NCBI GenBank assembly: GCA_004558185.1
Contig: SFDP01000024.1
Span: 9,362 to 73,361, forward strand
Origin: Lachnospiraceae bacterium
GTDB taxonomy: Bacteria; Bacillota; Clostridia; Lachnospirales; Lachnospiraceae
Direction: 5' to 3'
Length of the DNA stretch: 64,000 nucleotides
Shown: positions 9,298-19,396 of the stretch, in pieces
Numbering within the stretch: position 1 is the first letter of the stretch
Layout of the letters: each line of letters starts with the position of its first letter
Translations under genes and position numbers: made by a program
The notes under the pieces: model-generated
What the model saw: only the letters and a program-made list of their open reading frames with translations
Told to the model about the DNA's origin: nothing
Databases searched by the model: none

Positions 9298-9735
9298 ATC
9301 TACATTCAGGCTTCCTTTTCCATAGGTAAGTCCTGCATATACAACCTGTGCGTTTTCCATAAGGGGAGCCGAGGTGTCCTGTGAAGCAACCTTTTCATAG
9401 GACTGCTTCAGCTCTTTTAACATATCTTCTACCGGTTTTAGTAATTCCTTTTTTTCCTGTATGGCTGCACTGGATAGCTGCCGCTTATAAAAATAGTACA
9501 GGCTGTGAAGCGAGAGGGCTATCTCATAGTTCAGATCCAGAGAAGCAATCAGTTCATCCAGACAATCCTTTGCCTTCCTGACGTTTTTCTTATATTCCTG
9601 CTTGTCCCCTGTATCAAAGGCCAGGGAAGCATCCTCCAGAAAAGTCAGGGTCATCTCATACAGGATAACGATCAACTGGGTTTTGTTGGCCTGCGTGATC
9701 CGCAGGGTAAATTCCTGCTTTTTCTCCTTCGTCAT
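9259..9735 (-). CDS. fliS: flagellar export chaperone FliS
   Basis: 158 aa. The N-terminus ...ITQANKTQLIVILYEMTLTFLEDA...KNVRKAKDCLDELIASLD is typical of FliS four-helix bundles. Lies immediately downstream of flagellin. Confidence 0.7.
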   Translation of the reverse strand: MTKEKKQEFTLRITQANKTQLIVILYEMTLTFLEDASLAFDTGDKQEYKKNVRKAKDCLDELIASLDLNYEIALSLHSLYYFYKRQLSSAAIQEKKELLKPVEDMLKELKQSYEKVASQDTSAPLMENAQVVYAGLTYGKGSLNVDLADQSTNRGFRI

Positions 9736-9744
9736 AGGCGCCTC

Positions 9745-10851
9745 TTACTGTAATAGCTGTAATACGGTTGCCGGCCTTTCATTGGCCTGAGCCAGCATGG
9801 AGGTGGCTGCCTGATTGACCACCTGATAGCTGCTGTAATGGGTCATTTCTACAGCCATATCGGTATCCATAACACGGGAATATGCACTGGTCATATTCTC
9901 ACTGGTGGTTCCCAGATTATTTACCGTATGCTCAAGACGGTTCTGATAAGCACCCAGGGCACTTCTGGCAGAAGAAACAAACTTAATGGCAAAGTCCACA
10001 TCATTAATGGCATTTCTTCCATTTTCCTGAGTCAGCACGTCAGTCTTTTCAATGCCCATATTCTTCGTATTCATAGCCGGAATCTTTACCTCCAGAGTCT
10101 GTCCCTCGTTGGAGCCTACCTGCAGGGTCATGGAGCCCATACCGGTAATATCTACTTCCATATCGTTAACCGCTCCGGCACCTGCTGCCACAGTCATACG
10201 GATTTCAAAATTCTGGGCTCCCGTAAGGATGATCTCATCATCCTTTACCCTGACATTCAACTGCCCGCTAATATCATTTCCGCTGGGATCCGTTACAGCA
10301 ACTGTTGTACCATCTGCCAGCTTATCTCCATCCCATGCAGGAGTAATATCCATTGTATATTTTCCCACCGGAACCTTGGCATCATAGTAACTAACCTTTA
10401 CTTCAGCTTTATCGGTATAGCCCTTCATATCAAAGCTGCCGTCCAGAAGGTTCTTCCCATTATACTGCGTGGTGTCGGAAATTCGCTGTGCTTCATCCTT
10501 AAGAGCCTGAAACTCGTCATCAATCATCGTTCTGTCATCATCGGAAAGCACTCCATGAGAAGCCTTTATGGCCAGCTCGTTCATTCTCTGGAGAATTTCA
10601 TGAACCTCACCCAAGGCTCCATCGGCAATCTCAATTACGGATATTCCGCTTGTTGAATTCTCTCCGGCAGCATCCAGCCCCCGGATCTGTGCATTCATCC
10701 TTCTGGAAATCGCCAGGCCCGAAGGATTATCCTTGGCATTATTGATCTTGTAGCCGGAGGAAAGGCGTTCCATAGCCTTGGATAACTTGGAATCATTACG
10801 ATGTAAGGCATTGTTGGTCAGCATTGCTGTTACGTTATAGTTTATTCTCAT
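9745..10851 (-). CDS. fliC: flagellin
   Basis: MRINYNVTAMLTNNAL...RLSSGYKINNAKDNPSGLAISRRM at the N-terminus and ...LGAYQNRLEHTVNNL...QANERPATVLQLLQ at the C-terminus are the conserved D0/D1 flagellin segments. Start set at 10851. Confidence 0.92.
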   Translation of the reverse strand: MRINYNVTAMLTNNALHRNDSKLSKAMERLSSGYKINNAKDNPSGLAISRRMNAQIRGLDAAGENSTSGISVIEIADGALGEVHEILQRMNELAIKASHGVLSDDDRTMIDDEFQALKDEAQRISDTTQYNGKNLLDGSFDMKGYTDKAEVKVSYYDAKVPVGKYTMDITPAWDGDKLADGTTVAVTDPSGNDISGQLNVRVKDDEIILTGAQNFEIRMTVAAGAGAVNDMEVDITGMGSMTLQVGSNEGQTLEVKIPAMNTKNMGIEKTDVLTQENGRNAINDVDFAIKFVSSARSALGAYQNRLEHTVNNLGTTSENMTSAYSRVMDTDMAVEMTHYSSYQVVNQAATSMLAQANERPATVLQLLQ

Positions 10852-10876
10852 GGTTTCTTCCTTTCTTTTATCCTTT

Positions 10877-13800
10877 TTATCCTTTTCTGATAAAAGCAAT
10901 AAATTCCTTTGCTATCTTGTATAAAAGTGCAGTATTGGGATTCTCTTCTCCTTCTCCCCGCTCCGGAGTGTTGATATTCAGATTTCTATTCTCTCCAAAG
11001 AATATTCCCTTCATCTGAATCTCCGTTTCCTTTAAGGCTTCTCCTATGGCTTCTGTAAGAACAGAAGACTGCTCCTGTAAAAGCTCCTTTTTGTCCATAT
11101 ACTCTGTCAAAACAGAGCCTTCCAGTACATTCTGGCTTACACTGAACCGGCCTTCTACCTTCCCCAGTCTCTCCGTGTCCAGAGTAATCTTTACCTCACC
11201 TCTGGTACTCCCACGATGAATAATGGTCAGATTAATAGAGGTCAGCTCTTCACCGATCTGTACCGGAATCTCATAGTTTTCCTCCCTGGCCAGGTCGGAG
11301 GCAAGATGCAACTGCTTATAAAGCTGCTGAATCCCCTTGATATCCACATAAGCGGCTTCGTCCCCCAGAGAAGAAACGGCATTCTCCAGTGCCTGCCCGG
11401 CTTCTTCGATAATCGACTGGTATTCTTCCTCTCTCTCCTCAGGCTGAACCTGATCCATTTTTTCCAGAAAGCCTTCTGCCTTTTCCAAAAATCCAAAGAC
11501 CTTTTTCTCCTGAGCAAGGCTTTCCTGCCGGGCCAGGAATTTCTCCTCCCATGTGCGAATGTTCCTGAAGGTCTTTCCCCTTTGGGTAGTGAGGACTCCC
11601 GCACTCTGTAAATTCTCGATGGTAACCGGCTGATGATAGGCCTTCAAATAATCTGCCTGAGCAGAGTCCTTTTCCAATGTCTGTCTGATTTCCTTCAGAT
11701 TTTCCTGTACGAACCCTTCTTCTGCCTGTTCATCCTCTATAATGGTTTCCACCTGCTGTGCCAACTGCTCCAGGCTCCTTGTATCGCCCAGACTTTTTCG
11801 AATGCTTGCAAATCCTTCCTCTATCTGCTCAGAGATGGAAGTCCCTTTTCTTTCCATCTCCTGTAATGCTCCTACCGAATCATCAACACGGATATCCGTA
11901 GGCTTTGCCTTTCGGCTTCTTACTGCCGACAGAAGATTGGAGAAATTCAGCTCTGCTCCCTGTGCAACCAGACTTCCGATTACTGCTCCGTCTGTTTTTT
12001 CAATTTGCCTAAGAAGACGGTAAATACCGATATAGGCCTTTCGCTCATCCTGAGTTATCTCTTTTTGCTGCTCAAGCTTATAGAGGAATTTGCTGTACTT
12101 TGCAGTATCCTCACCAAATTCTCCATCCTTAAGCCGGATATACTCCTCCAGCTCCTCCAGAGTCATCTCCATCGGATTCTTTCCCTGACGTATCATATCC
12201 AGAGTCAGCCCCGGTTTCATTCCTTCAATGACGGCCTGAACCTGTCTGTCTGCCTCCTGTACTTTGCGGAGATTTTCTTCGTTGATCTCCATCCGGTTAT
12301 AGCCCAGGATACGTATGGCTCTCCTGTTCTCATGAGTAAGAGCCAGATCCATATCCTGCAAAATATCATCCACATTACGAAAAGCCTTGCGGATACTGTC
12401 TCCCAGGTCTGCTCTGGGAGCCGTCATCAACGTTTCATAGCTTTCCTCTGCTGCCTGATACCGGCTTTGCAGCAGAAGTCCTTCCTGCCCTACCTGACTT
12501 AGTGTAGGTCTTTCCATAAAGGGAATCTTTCCCACCAATGCCAAAGGCATATGGGGCAATTCACCTATTTGCTGTAAAGTCTCCCGGTATAGCTCTCCTT
12601 TTCCTCCCTCTGCGGCAGCTCCAAAGAGGCTCTGTTCCCACTGCCTTCCGGCTTCATCCAGCCTGGCGATCAGTTCCTCCATGGGTGTTATATCAATGGA
12701 AAAGTCGGACTGCAGAAGCTTCAGATTAGCTTCTACCGTCATTTTCAGCCTTACCTCCTCCAGACCTTTTCGTGCCTGTACCTGCACAGCATAATTACCC
12801 TCTGTCTGGAAATAGCCTTCCATATTTTCCAAAGTAAGAGGAAGACCTGAGCCACCTGCATAATCTGCTGCCTCAGGGGGCAGGTCATGCAGCCGCTCAT
12901 AGATTTCTACAGCCCTGGCATATATGCTTTGGGGCTGTCCTGCCACAGGAATGTCCCATAGGTTTCTTCCTTCCGCCAGTGCCTGAGCCGCCTGGCCGAT
13001 AATCTCATCTTCCTTCAGGGGAAAGGTAAGGTTCTCGATATACTGAACCAACTCCATATTTTCGCTATTGATGGGGAGTCCTCTTTCCATCAGCCATTTG
13101 GCAGTGTCCATATTCCTGTCATCCGGTGCATAGCCACTGTCCTCAAGCCGCTGCTTGAGCTGTTCCTCCAACCCGGAAATATCCTCTTCCAGGGTCTGCG
13201 TTCTGCGAACATTCTGATAAGTTTCTCCCTGTCTGCCATAGCTTCCGGTGGTATATCCGCCTGTCTTACCATAATGAGCTATATCTACACTGCTGTAGCC
13301 AGCCTTGTAAAGGTTCCCCAGAGTAGGGGAAAGTCTCCCTGCTGCCAAATAGGAAACAGTCCCATCCTGCGGTTCTTTCAGGGCTTGTGCCTGCTGCCAG
13401 ATCTGATCAACCTGACGGATATTCTCCTCGGTAACTGGTGCATCAGCCTGTTTCAGGGCTCTGGCAATTTTATTGGCATAGGCTCTGCTGCCGGTAATCT
13501 GCTCCAGCTCCTCTCTGGATAAGCTGTCGTTATAGCCGGTAATCTCTGTTCCTGACTGTGCCAGCACCGTTTTAATCTTATCCAGAATAGTGACGGCTTC
13601 TTCCGGCTCCATGCGGTAGACATCAAAGCCCTCTTTATCCATTTCCAGAAAATCCTGGCCCGACATAGAATTAGACATTACTGCATTAAAGTTACGCTGC
13701 AGGAGCATAAAGCTTTCTACTCCTACCTCCTGTATAACCTCTTTGTTGAACCCTCCATGGTTGTCAAAGCTAAAGTTATCCGTAACTTTACCAGAAATGT

Positions 13801-13933
13801 CTAACACAGTCTGATGATTCAGAAAAGAACCTGCCGTTTTGTCTTGGTTCTGCACCCAGCTCTTTTGCTGGGCATATGTGGTTTTCGTCTGTTGAGTCTT
13901 TCCTTCATTCTGCCACTCAAAGCTAATTCTCAT
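10877..13933 (-). CDS. large acidic coiled-coil protein, flagellum-associated, with a possible FliK-like C-terminal domain
   Basis: 1018 aa from MRISFEW. No enzymatic motifs seen. The C-terminal ...KITLDTERLGKVEGRFSVSQNVLEGSVLTEYMDKKELLQEQSSVLTEAIGEAL resembles the Flg_hook/FliK C-domain pattern (L.PE.LG.v.v.f...). Ends 25 nt upstream of fliC. Confidence 0.5.
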   Translation of the reverse strand: MRISFEWQNEGKTQQTKTTYAQQKSWVQNQDKTAGSFLNHQTVLDISGKVTDNFSFDNHGGFNKEVIQEVGVESFMLLQRNFNAVMSNSMSGQDFLEMDKEGFDVYRMEPEEAVTILDKIKTVLAQSGTEITGYNDSLSREELEQITGSRAYANKIARALKQADAPVTEENIRQVDQIWQQAQALKEPQDGTVSYLAAGRLSPTLGNLYKAGYSSVDIAHYGKTGGYTTGSYGRQGETYQNVRRTQTLEEDISGLEEQLKQRLEDSGYAPDDRNMDTAKWLMERGLPINSENMELVQYIENLTFPLKEDEIIGQAAQALAEGRNLWDIPVAGQPQSIYARAVEIYERLHDLPPEAADYAGGSGLPLTLENMEGYFQTEGNYAVQVQARKGLEEVRLKMTVEANLKLLQSDFSIDITPMEELIARLDEAGRQWEQSLFGAAAEGGKGELYRETLQQIGELPHMPLALVGKIPFMERPTLSQVGQEGLLLQSRYQAAEESYETLMTAPRADLGDSIRKAFRNVDDILQDMDLALTHENRRAIRILGYNRMEINEENLRKVQEADRQVQAVIEGMKPGLTLDMIRQGKNPMEMTLEELEEYIRLKDGEFGEDTAKYSKFLYKLEQQKEITQDERKAYIGIYRLLRQIEKTDGAVIGSLVAQGAELNFSNLLSAVRSRKAKPTDIRVDDSVGALQEMERKGTSISEQIEEGFASIRKSLGDTRSLEQLAQQVETIIEDEQAEEGFVQENLKEIRQTLEKDSAQADYLKAYHQPVTIENLQSAGVLTTQRGKTFRNIRTWEEKFLARQESLAQEKKVFGFLEKAEGFLEKMDQVQPEEREEEYQSIIEEAGQALENAVSSLGDEAAYVDIKGIQQLYKQLHLASDLAREENYEIPVQIGEELTSINLTIIHRGSTRGEVKITLDTERLGKVEGRFSVSQNVLEGSVLTEYMDKKELLQEQSSVLTEAIGEALKETEIQMKGIFFGENRNLNINTPERGEGEENPNTALLYKIAKEFIAFIRKG

Positions 13934-14036
13934 ACGCTTAAATTCCTTATAAAAAAGAGTGAATATAAGCATGACTGAAAAATCTGCTGCTTACATTCAC
14001 TCTCTATTTCGGCTCTTTTAAAATGAAACTTAACCT

Positions 14037-15959
14037 TTACAGCTGAAATACTGCTGACCCAAAAGCAGGCAGCGTAAACGCAATGGAATAAGGTCGATCA
14101 TCCCAGGCCTTCTTTTTGGGCGTAAGCTCCTCTGCTATCTTACTGCCTTTACCGCCAAACCGAACGTCATCACTGTTTAACAGTAATCTGCATTTTTTTC
14201 TCGTAGGCACACCTACCCGATAATTCTCCCAAACCATAGGGGTCATATTCATGATAAACAGCAGTTTTTTCTTTCCATCTCCACTTTTGCGGATAAAGCT
14301 GTATACACTATGTTCAGAATCATTACAATTTACCCATTCAAAGCCGCCCCAGTCATTATCGATCTCATACATGGCGGAATTATTGCGGTAAAGCCTTAGC
14401 AACTCCTTTACATATTCCTGCATCCCTTTGTTCAAAGGGTTCTCCAGGAGGAACCAATCCAGCTCTCTGGCCTCACTCCACTCTCTCTCCTGAGCGAATT
14501 CCTGTCCCATGAACAATAGCTTTTTTCCGGCATGGCCGAACATGAATGTGTAACCGGTTCTCAGGTTAGCATATTTGTCCACCTGATATCCGGGCATTTT
14601 GTTGACCATGGAGCATTTCAGATGCACCACCTCGTCATGGGAAAGTGGCAAAATATAATTTTCGGAGCTATTATAGCTCATGGCAAAGGTCATTCCATGG
14701 TGGGCATTTTTCTTAAAATAAGGATCCAGCTTCATATATTCACAAAAGTCGTGCATCCAGCCCATATTCCATTTGAAGGAAAAGCCCAGCCCGTCCTCCT
14801 CTACCTTTCCGGTAACCATAGGCCATGCAGTTGATTCCTCTGCAATAGTCATTACACCCGGATATGTACCGCAAATCACCGAGTTAAAGTGCTTAAAAAA
14901 CTCTATTGCTTCAAGATTCTTATTGCCGCCATATTTATTGGCAACCCACTCTCCATCCTTCTTGCCATAGTCCAGATAAAGCATGGAGGCAACCGCATCT
15001 ACTCTAAGACCGTCTACATGAAACTCCTTAATCCAGAACAGTGCATTGGCAATAAGAAAATTTTTTACCTCGTTCTTCCCATAGTTAAATATCTTCGTTC
15101 CCCAGTCCGGGTGTTCCCCCAGACGTTTATCGGGATGCTCATAAAGACAGGTTCCGTCAAATTCTGCCAGGCCATGGGCATCTCTCGGGAAATGGGCCGG
15201 TACCCAGTCCAGGATCACACCGATTTTATTCCGATGCAGGGTATTGATCAGATACATAAAATCTTCCGGGCTGCCGTAACGGGAGGTAGGCGCATAATAG
15301 CCGGTTACCTGATATCCCCAGGAGCCATCGAAGGGATGTTCTGCTATACCCATCAGCTCAACATGGGTAAATTCCATCTCCTTCAGATACTCAACAATAC
15401 GATCCGCAAATTCCCGATAGGTATAAAAACCATCCGGGGTGCCGTCAGGATGCTTCATCCAGGATCCGATATGGCACTCATAAATAGCCATCGGCTCTTT
15501 ATTCATATCTTTCCTGTCTCTGTCTGAAAGCCAGTCTTCATCGGTCCATTTAAACCTGCCAATATCTGCCGTTCTGGAAGCTGTACCGGGGCGCATCTCG
15601 GCTGCATTAGCAAAGGGATCCGCCTTATACAGCTTATCTCCTTTCGGAGTGGTAATCAAAAACTTGTATAATTCCCCTGTTCCTACTCCGGGAAAAAATC
15701 CTGCATAAATCCCCCCGGGACCTAATCGCTGCAGCTTATGGCTGGTTTCATTCCAGTCATTGAAGGTACCGATTACATGAACCTCTTTGGCTCCCGGTGC
15801 CCATACGGCAAAGTACATTCCTTCCCTGCCTTCTTCCTGCGATGGATGTGCTCCCAGCTTTTTATAAATGTCATAATGCGTTCCCTGGGCAAACAGATAT
15901 TCATCATCCTTGGAGATAAAGACCTTCTCCCTATTGCCTTTCTTTGATTTAACCGCCAT
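14037..15959 (-). CDS. glgB: 1,4-alpha-glucan branching enzyme
   Basis: 640 aa with GH13 signatures: GVILDWVPAHF, HVDGLRVDAVASMLY, MTIAEESTAWP, PLSHDEVVH. Confidence 0.95.
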   Translation of the reverse strand: MAVKSKKGNREKVFISKDDEYLFAQGTHYDIYKKLGAHPSQEEGREGMYFAVWAPGAKEVHVIGTFNDWNETSHKLQRLGPGGIYAGFFPGVGTGELYKFLITTPKGDKLYKADPFANAAEMRPGTASRTADIGRFKWTDEDWLSDRDRKDMNKEPMAIYECHIGSWMKHPDGTPDGFYTYREFADRIVEYLKEMEFTHVELMGIAEHPFDGSWGYQVTGYYAPTSRYGSPEDFMYLINTLHRNKIGVILDWVPAHFPRDAHGLAEFDGTCLYEHPDKRLGEHPDWGTKIFNYGKNEVKNFLIANALFWIKEFHVDGLRVDAVASMLYLDYGKKDGEWVANKYGGNKNLEAIEFFKHFNSVICGTYPGVMTIAEESTAWPMVTGKVEEDGLGFSFKWNMGWMHDFCEYMKLDPYFKKNAHHGMTFAMSYNSSENYILPLSHDEVVHLKCSMVNKMPGYQVDKYANLRTGYTFMFGHAGKKLLFMGQEFAQEREWSEARELDWFLLENPLNKGMQEYVKELLRLYRNNSAMYEIDNDWGGFEWVNCNDSEHSVYSFIRKSGDGKKKLLFIMNMTPMVWENYRVGVPTRKKCRLLLNSDDVRFGGKGSKIAEELTPKKKAWDDRPYSIAFTLPAFGSAVFQL

Positions 15960-15979
15960 ACTAACCCCTCTTTTCTTCT

Positions 15980-18532
15980 CTACATGAAATCTTTTTCCCT
16001 CAAAATAACCATATCCTCTTCATCGTAGCGTTTCCCTAAAAGCAGGTCAAACAAATGTGCAAGATTCTTTTTATCTGCATGAGCAATGGCTTCATCCACC
16101 AGCTCTCTTACCTCTGCTACCGTAACGATATGGTCACTGGTCTGCCTGTCCTCAATCCTGGTCTGAAGAGCCAGCATACCCAATTCATCAATGGAATACT
16201 CCAGATGATAGGCATACTGCCTTCCATATGCCGCAAGTGCATCATTGTTCAGCTCCTCAATCTCTATACGGGCATTGAAGAAGCTCTCCATAGCAGGATA
16301 GGCTGCCAGCATACGTTTTATCGCCTTTTTATTATCCTCCAGAATAACCACGATTCCGGTCTGCTCCTGATTCAGGGCCTTCAACAGCTTCATCACTGCC
16401 TGGCTGTTCATTCCGCTGGCCTTCTCAATAATCAATCCGCCATTATTCAGCTTGGAAATAGTACTGTCTACATTTTTACTGTTCAGGGAAGCACCTGACA
16501 CCTTGGCAACCACTCCGGAAAAATTGGCATCGGTCATCTGAATATCCTTCATAATATTCTTGGCCAGCTTGACGGTTCCCGAAGCAGCCTCGCCGGATAC
16601 GATAACATTACCGGTATAAGCTGCCAGACTGATCATATCCAACGCTCTCATAAATCGTTTTCTGGCTCCCTTCGTCTGAATAAAGGGACCAAACAGGGTT
16701 CTCTCCTCATCGGTAAGATCACGCACAGTGTCCTGTTCCTCTTCTTCAGAAGGCTCTTCCACGGACTTTATCTGTTTCTCAGACAAGGTATCCTCCTGAG
16801 ACGTCTGGACAGCCGGCTCTTCTTCTATCTCCTCCAGCTCTTCTACTTCCGGCAGCTCCTCCACCTCAGCCAGCTTCTCTGCAGCGGATAGCTTCAATTC
16901 TTCTCCCCCAGCCTCTTCTTCTGACTGCTCCAGCGCTGCTGCCTGTTCTTCGGCCAAAAACGTTTCTCCCGGCGGCGTCTGGTTCTGTTCCTGGTACTGC
17001 CCGCCAGACAGGTTCTGCCCTTGTGCTAAACGTTGTTCTTCAACTATGCTTTGCTGCTCTGCACAAATCTGTTTGCTGCTGTCGGCCAGTTCTTCTTCCT
17101 TCTCCAACTGCTCCAGAATGCCATCTCTCACTTTTGCTTCAAACTCGCTGAACATACTGCCGGTCTGTGCCATAACCTTCTGGGTCAGTTCTGCTTTGCG
17201 CTTTTCCTCGTTCTCTTTTTTGGTTTTTTCCCATTCGATCAGAACATCTTCTATCTTCATCTGACCGGTGATCTGTTTTTCAAGCCTGGTCTCCTCCGGT
17301 ACCACCAGGCTGATCTGTCCATCATAATCCTGGGACAGGAAACCTGCCATTGGAGCCGGCACATCTTCCGTCAGGGGCTCTACTAAAGGTCGTTTCATAA
17401 TCTCCTTAATGGAGGGAATCTCCTTCGTTGCCTCCCCCGGAGGAAAATCGTTCTCCCTCTGCTGGGTTATCTTTTCTTTTCTTCCCGACGGCTGACCTTC
17501 TTCTGCAGGGGCTTCAGCCTCCGATTCCTTTTTGGGGGCATCTGCAGCCTCTTCCTTAAGGGGAGAGGTCAGCACTTCCGGCTTCAGCTCTCCTGCTATT
17601 TCTGCCGTGTTATCTTCAAAGAAAACCTCCTTTATCGTGCTGGGAGTATCATACATGGGAGCCATTATCTGACTGGTTACTGTTCCCGGGCCGCTTTCAG
17701 AGGTATCCGGCTTCTCCGCCTCTTCCGTCTTCGGTTCACCTGGACTGAGGACCTCTTTCATGCTTTCTGCCAGGGCTTTTTGAAGATTGATGGTATCATA
17801 CTGCCCCATTTTCATAGGCTGAACCTGAATCTCCAGCTCCTCTGCCTGCTCCTTCGGCACTTCTTCCTTTACTTTCCCGGTCACTGATTCCTGCTGTGGT
17901 GCATCAGTTGCTTTTTTTCCACCCATCAGATGCTCATAGCTGGCCTGCTGGGCAGGACTTAAGGGCTCATGAAGCATTTTCAGTTCCATGGCTTTTTTTA
18001 CATATCGGCCTTCGCTGAACCACAAAATAAGCTGATCACACTCTTCTACACATTTGGTCGTCAATCCAATTCGGTGGTAGAGATAGGCCAGTTCGTATCC
18101 CCACTTTTCCCTGTAATCACGTTTTTTCAATTCTTCCAATACGGCAATGCGCTCTTCCAGGCTTACCTCCTGAGCTTCATAGAGCTTATACTGCAATACG
18201 TATTTACCGTTATCCATCGGTGCCAGTTGTACAAACTCTTTGTAATATTCTATGGCCTGAACCACCTCGCCCATTTTTATACAAAGCTCACATAGAGAAT
18301 AAAGGATCATCCTCCCTCCGGGATGACGCTCATAAGCCATAAGCAACAGCTCTTTACTCTCCTTATAGCGGCGATTTACCTTATATAAATCGCTGACCGT
18401 ACACAGCATGGCAACGCTGCGTACTCTGGTCCAGTCAATCTCATCGGCGATCTTAACTGCCTTACGAAACTCCCTTCTGGAAATCAGAGCCTTAATTTCT
18501 TCTGCTTTCAATTTATATTCCTGCTTATCCAA
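15980..18532 (-). CDS. TPR-repeat protein with an acidic linker and a degenerate SpoVK/CbbX-like AAA+ C-terminal domain
   Basis: 850 aa with an N-terminal ~190 aa of TPR-like helices and an E/P/K-rich middle. The C-terminus aligns by eye to SpoVK-type AAA modules, but its Walker A reads GEAASGT and the DEAY box reads GGLIIEKASG. Confidence 0.6.
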   Translation of the reverse strand: MDKQEYKLKAEEIKALISRREFRKAVKIADEIDWTRVRSVAMLCTVSDLYKVNRRYKESKELLLMAYERHPGGRMILYSLCELCIKMGEVVQAIEYYKEFVQLAPMDNGKYVLQYKLYEAQEVSLEERIAVLEELKKRDYREKWGYELAYLYHRIGLTTKCVEECDQLILWFSEGRYVKKAMELKMLHEPLSPAQQASYEHLMGGKKATDAPQQESVTGKVKEEVPKEQAEELEIQVQPMKMGQYDTINLQKALAESMKEVLSPGEPKTEEAEKPDTSESGPGTVTSQIMAPMYDTPSTIKEVFFEDNTAEIAGELKPEVLTSPLKEEAADAPKKESEAEAPAEEGQPSGRKEKITQQRENDFPPGEATKEIPSIKEIMKRPLVEPLTEDVPAPMAGFLSQDYDGQISLVVPEETRLEKQITGQMKIEDVLIEWEKTKKENEEKRKAELTQKVMAQTGSMFSEFEAKVRDGILEQLEKEEELADSSKQICAEQQSIVEEQRLAQGQNLSGGQYQEQNQTPPGETFLAEEQAAALEQSEEEAGGEELKLSAAEKLAEVEELPEVEELEEIEEEPAVQTSQEDTLSEKQIKSVEEPSEEEEQDTVRDLTDEERTLFGPFIQTKGARKRFMRALDMISLAAYTGNVIVSGEAASGTVKLAKNIMKDIQMTDANFSGVVAKVSGASLNSKNVDSTISKLNNGGLIIEKASGMNSQAVMKLLKALNQEQTGIVVILEDNKKAIKRMLAAYPAMESFFNARIEIEELNNDALAAYGRQYAYHLEYSIDELGMLALQTRIEDRQTSDHIVTVAEVRELVDEAIAHADKKNLAHLFDLLLGKRYDEEDMVILREKDFM

Positions 18533-18823
18533 AACAGCACCTCAACGTTCGTCTATATTTTGTATACAGTAACCCACTTTTAATCTTATTTAGTGTATCA
18601 CAGCCCTTATGAAAATACAAGGAAGATATGCGTTTGTTACTCCTATCTTCCCTATTCCCTATTAGCTTGCCGATTAGCTTTTAAAATTATTCCTCTGTCC
18701 CTGCGTTAATAGACAGGCAGGAATGAGACTATTGACACAGGCCGCTTTACTATGCTATTTTCAAGACAATAACTGATATTTTTCTTATTTTTGTTTACGT
18801 ATACAGAAGAAAGGAGGTCTCCT

Positions 18824-19387
18824 ATGTCACTTATTAATAAGGAAATAAATGATTTTTCCGTACAGGCTTTTATGAACAACAGCTTTGACACCGTATGCAA
18901 GTCAGATATTATTGGAAAATGGAGTGTTTTTTTCTTTTACCCCGCAGATTTTTCCTTTGTCTGTCCTACTGAATTAGAGGATTTAGCCAATATGTATGAC
19001 CGGTTTAAGGCCATTGGCTGCGAAATCTATTCCATATCTGCAGACACTCATTTTGTACATAAGGCATGGCACGATGCCTCTGAAAGGGTAAGCAAAATTC
19101 AATACCCTATGCTGGCTGACCCTACCCATGCTCTGGCCAGGGATTTTGATGTCCTCGTGGAAAGCAGAGGCGTAGCCGAACGGGGAACCTTCATTATTAA
19201 TCCGGAGGGAAAGATTGTAGCCTATGAAATTAACTCCGGTAATGTGGGCCGTAATGCAGAAGAGCTTTTGCGGAAGGTACAGGCCTGTCAATTCGTCTAT
19301 GAGCATGGTGATGAGGTATGTCCGGCCAAATGGCAGCCGGGTGCCCCTACGCTGAAGCCCAGTCTGGATCTTGTAGGCTTATTATAG
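18824..19387 (+). CDS. ahpC: peroxiredoxin AhpC (typical 2-Cys)
   Basis: RBS GAAAGGAGG. FFFYPADFSFVCPTEL holds the peroxidatic Cys and EVCPAKW the resolving Cys. Confidence 0.92.
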   Translation: MSLINKEINDFSVQAFMNNSFDTVCKSDIIGKWSVFFFYPADFSFVCPTELEDLANMYDRFKAIGCEIYSISADTHFVHKAWHDASERVSKIQYPMLADPTHALARDFDVLVESRGVAERGTFIINPEGKIVAYEINSGNVGRNAEELLRKVQACQFVYEHGDEVCPAKWQPGAPTLKPSLDLVGLL

Positions 19388-19396
19388 AATGGTCGG

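Noticed and set aside
9838-10656. 272-aa plus-strand ORF. Similar long antisense ORFs occur at 991..1644, 14889..15527, 39441..40016 and 49438..50028.
   Set aside because: Each lies entirely antisense to a gene with unmistakable family signatures (flagellin, glgB, the GRE, the sialidase). They have no RBS and a low-complexity or odd composition. They are shadow ORFs.
16700-17000. Repetitive EVEELPEVEELEEIEEEP / acidic stretch in the 850-aa protein, considered as a DNA tandem repeat or contingency locus.
   Set aside because: This is low-complexity acidic linker coding with only short imperfect codon repeats. There is no homopolymer or perfect microsatellite that would suggest phase variation.
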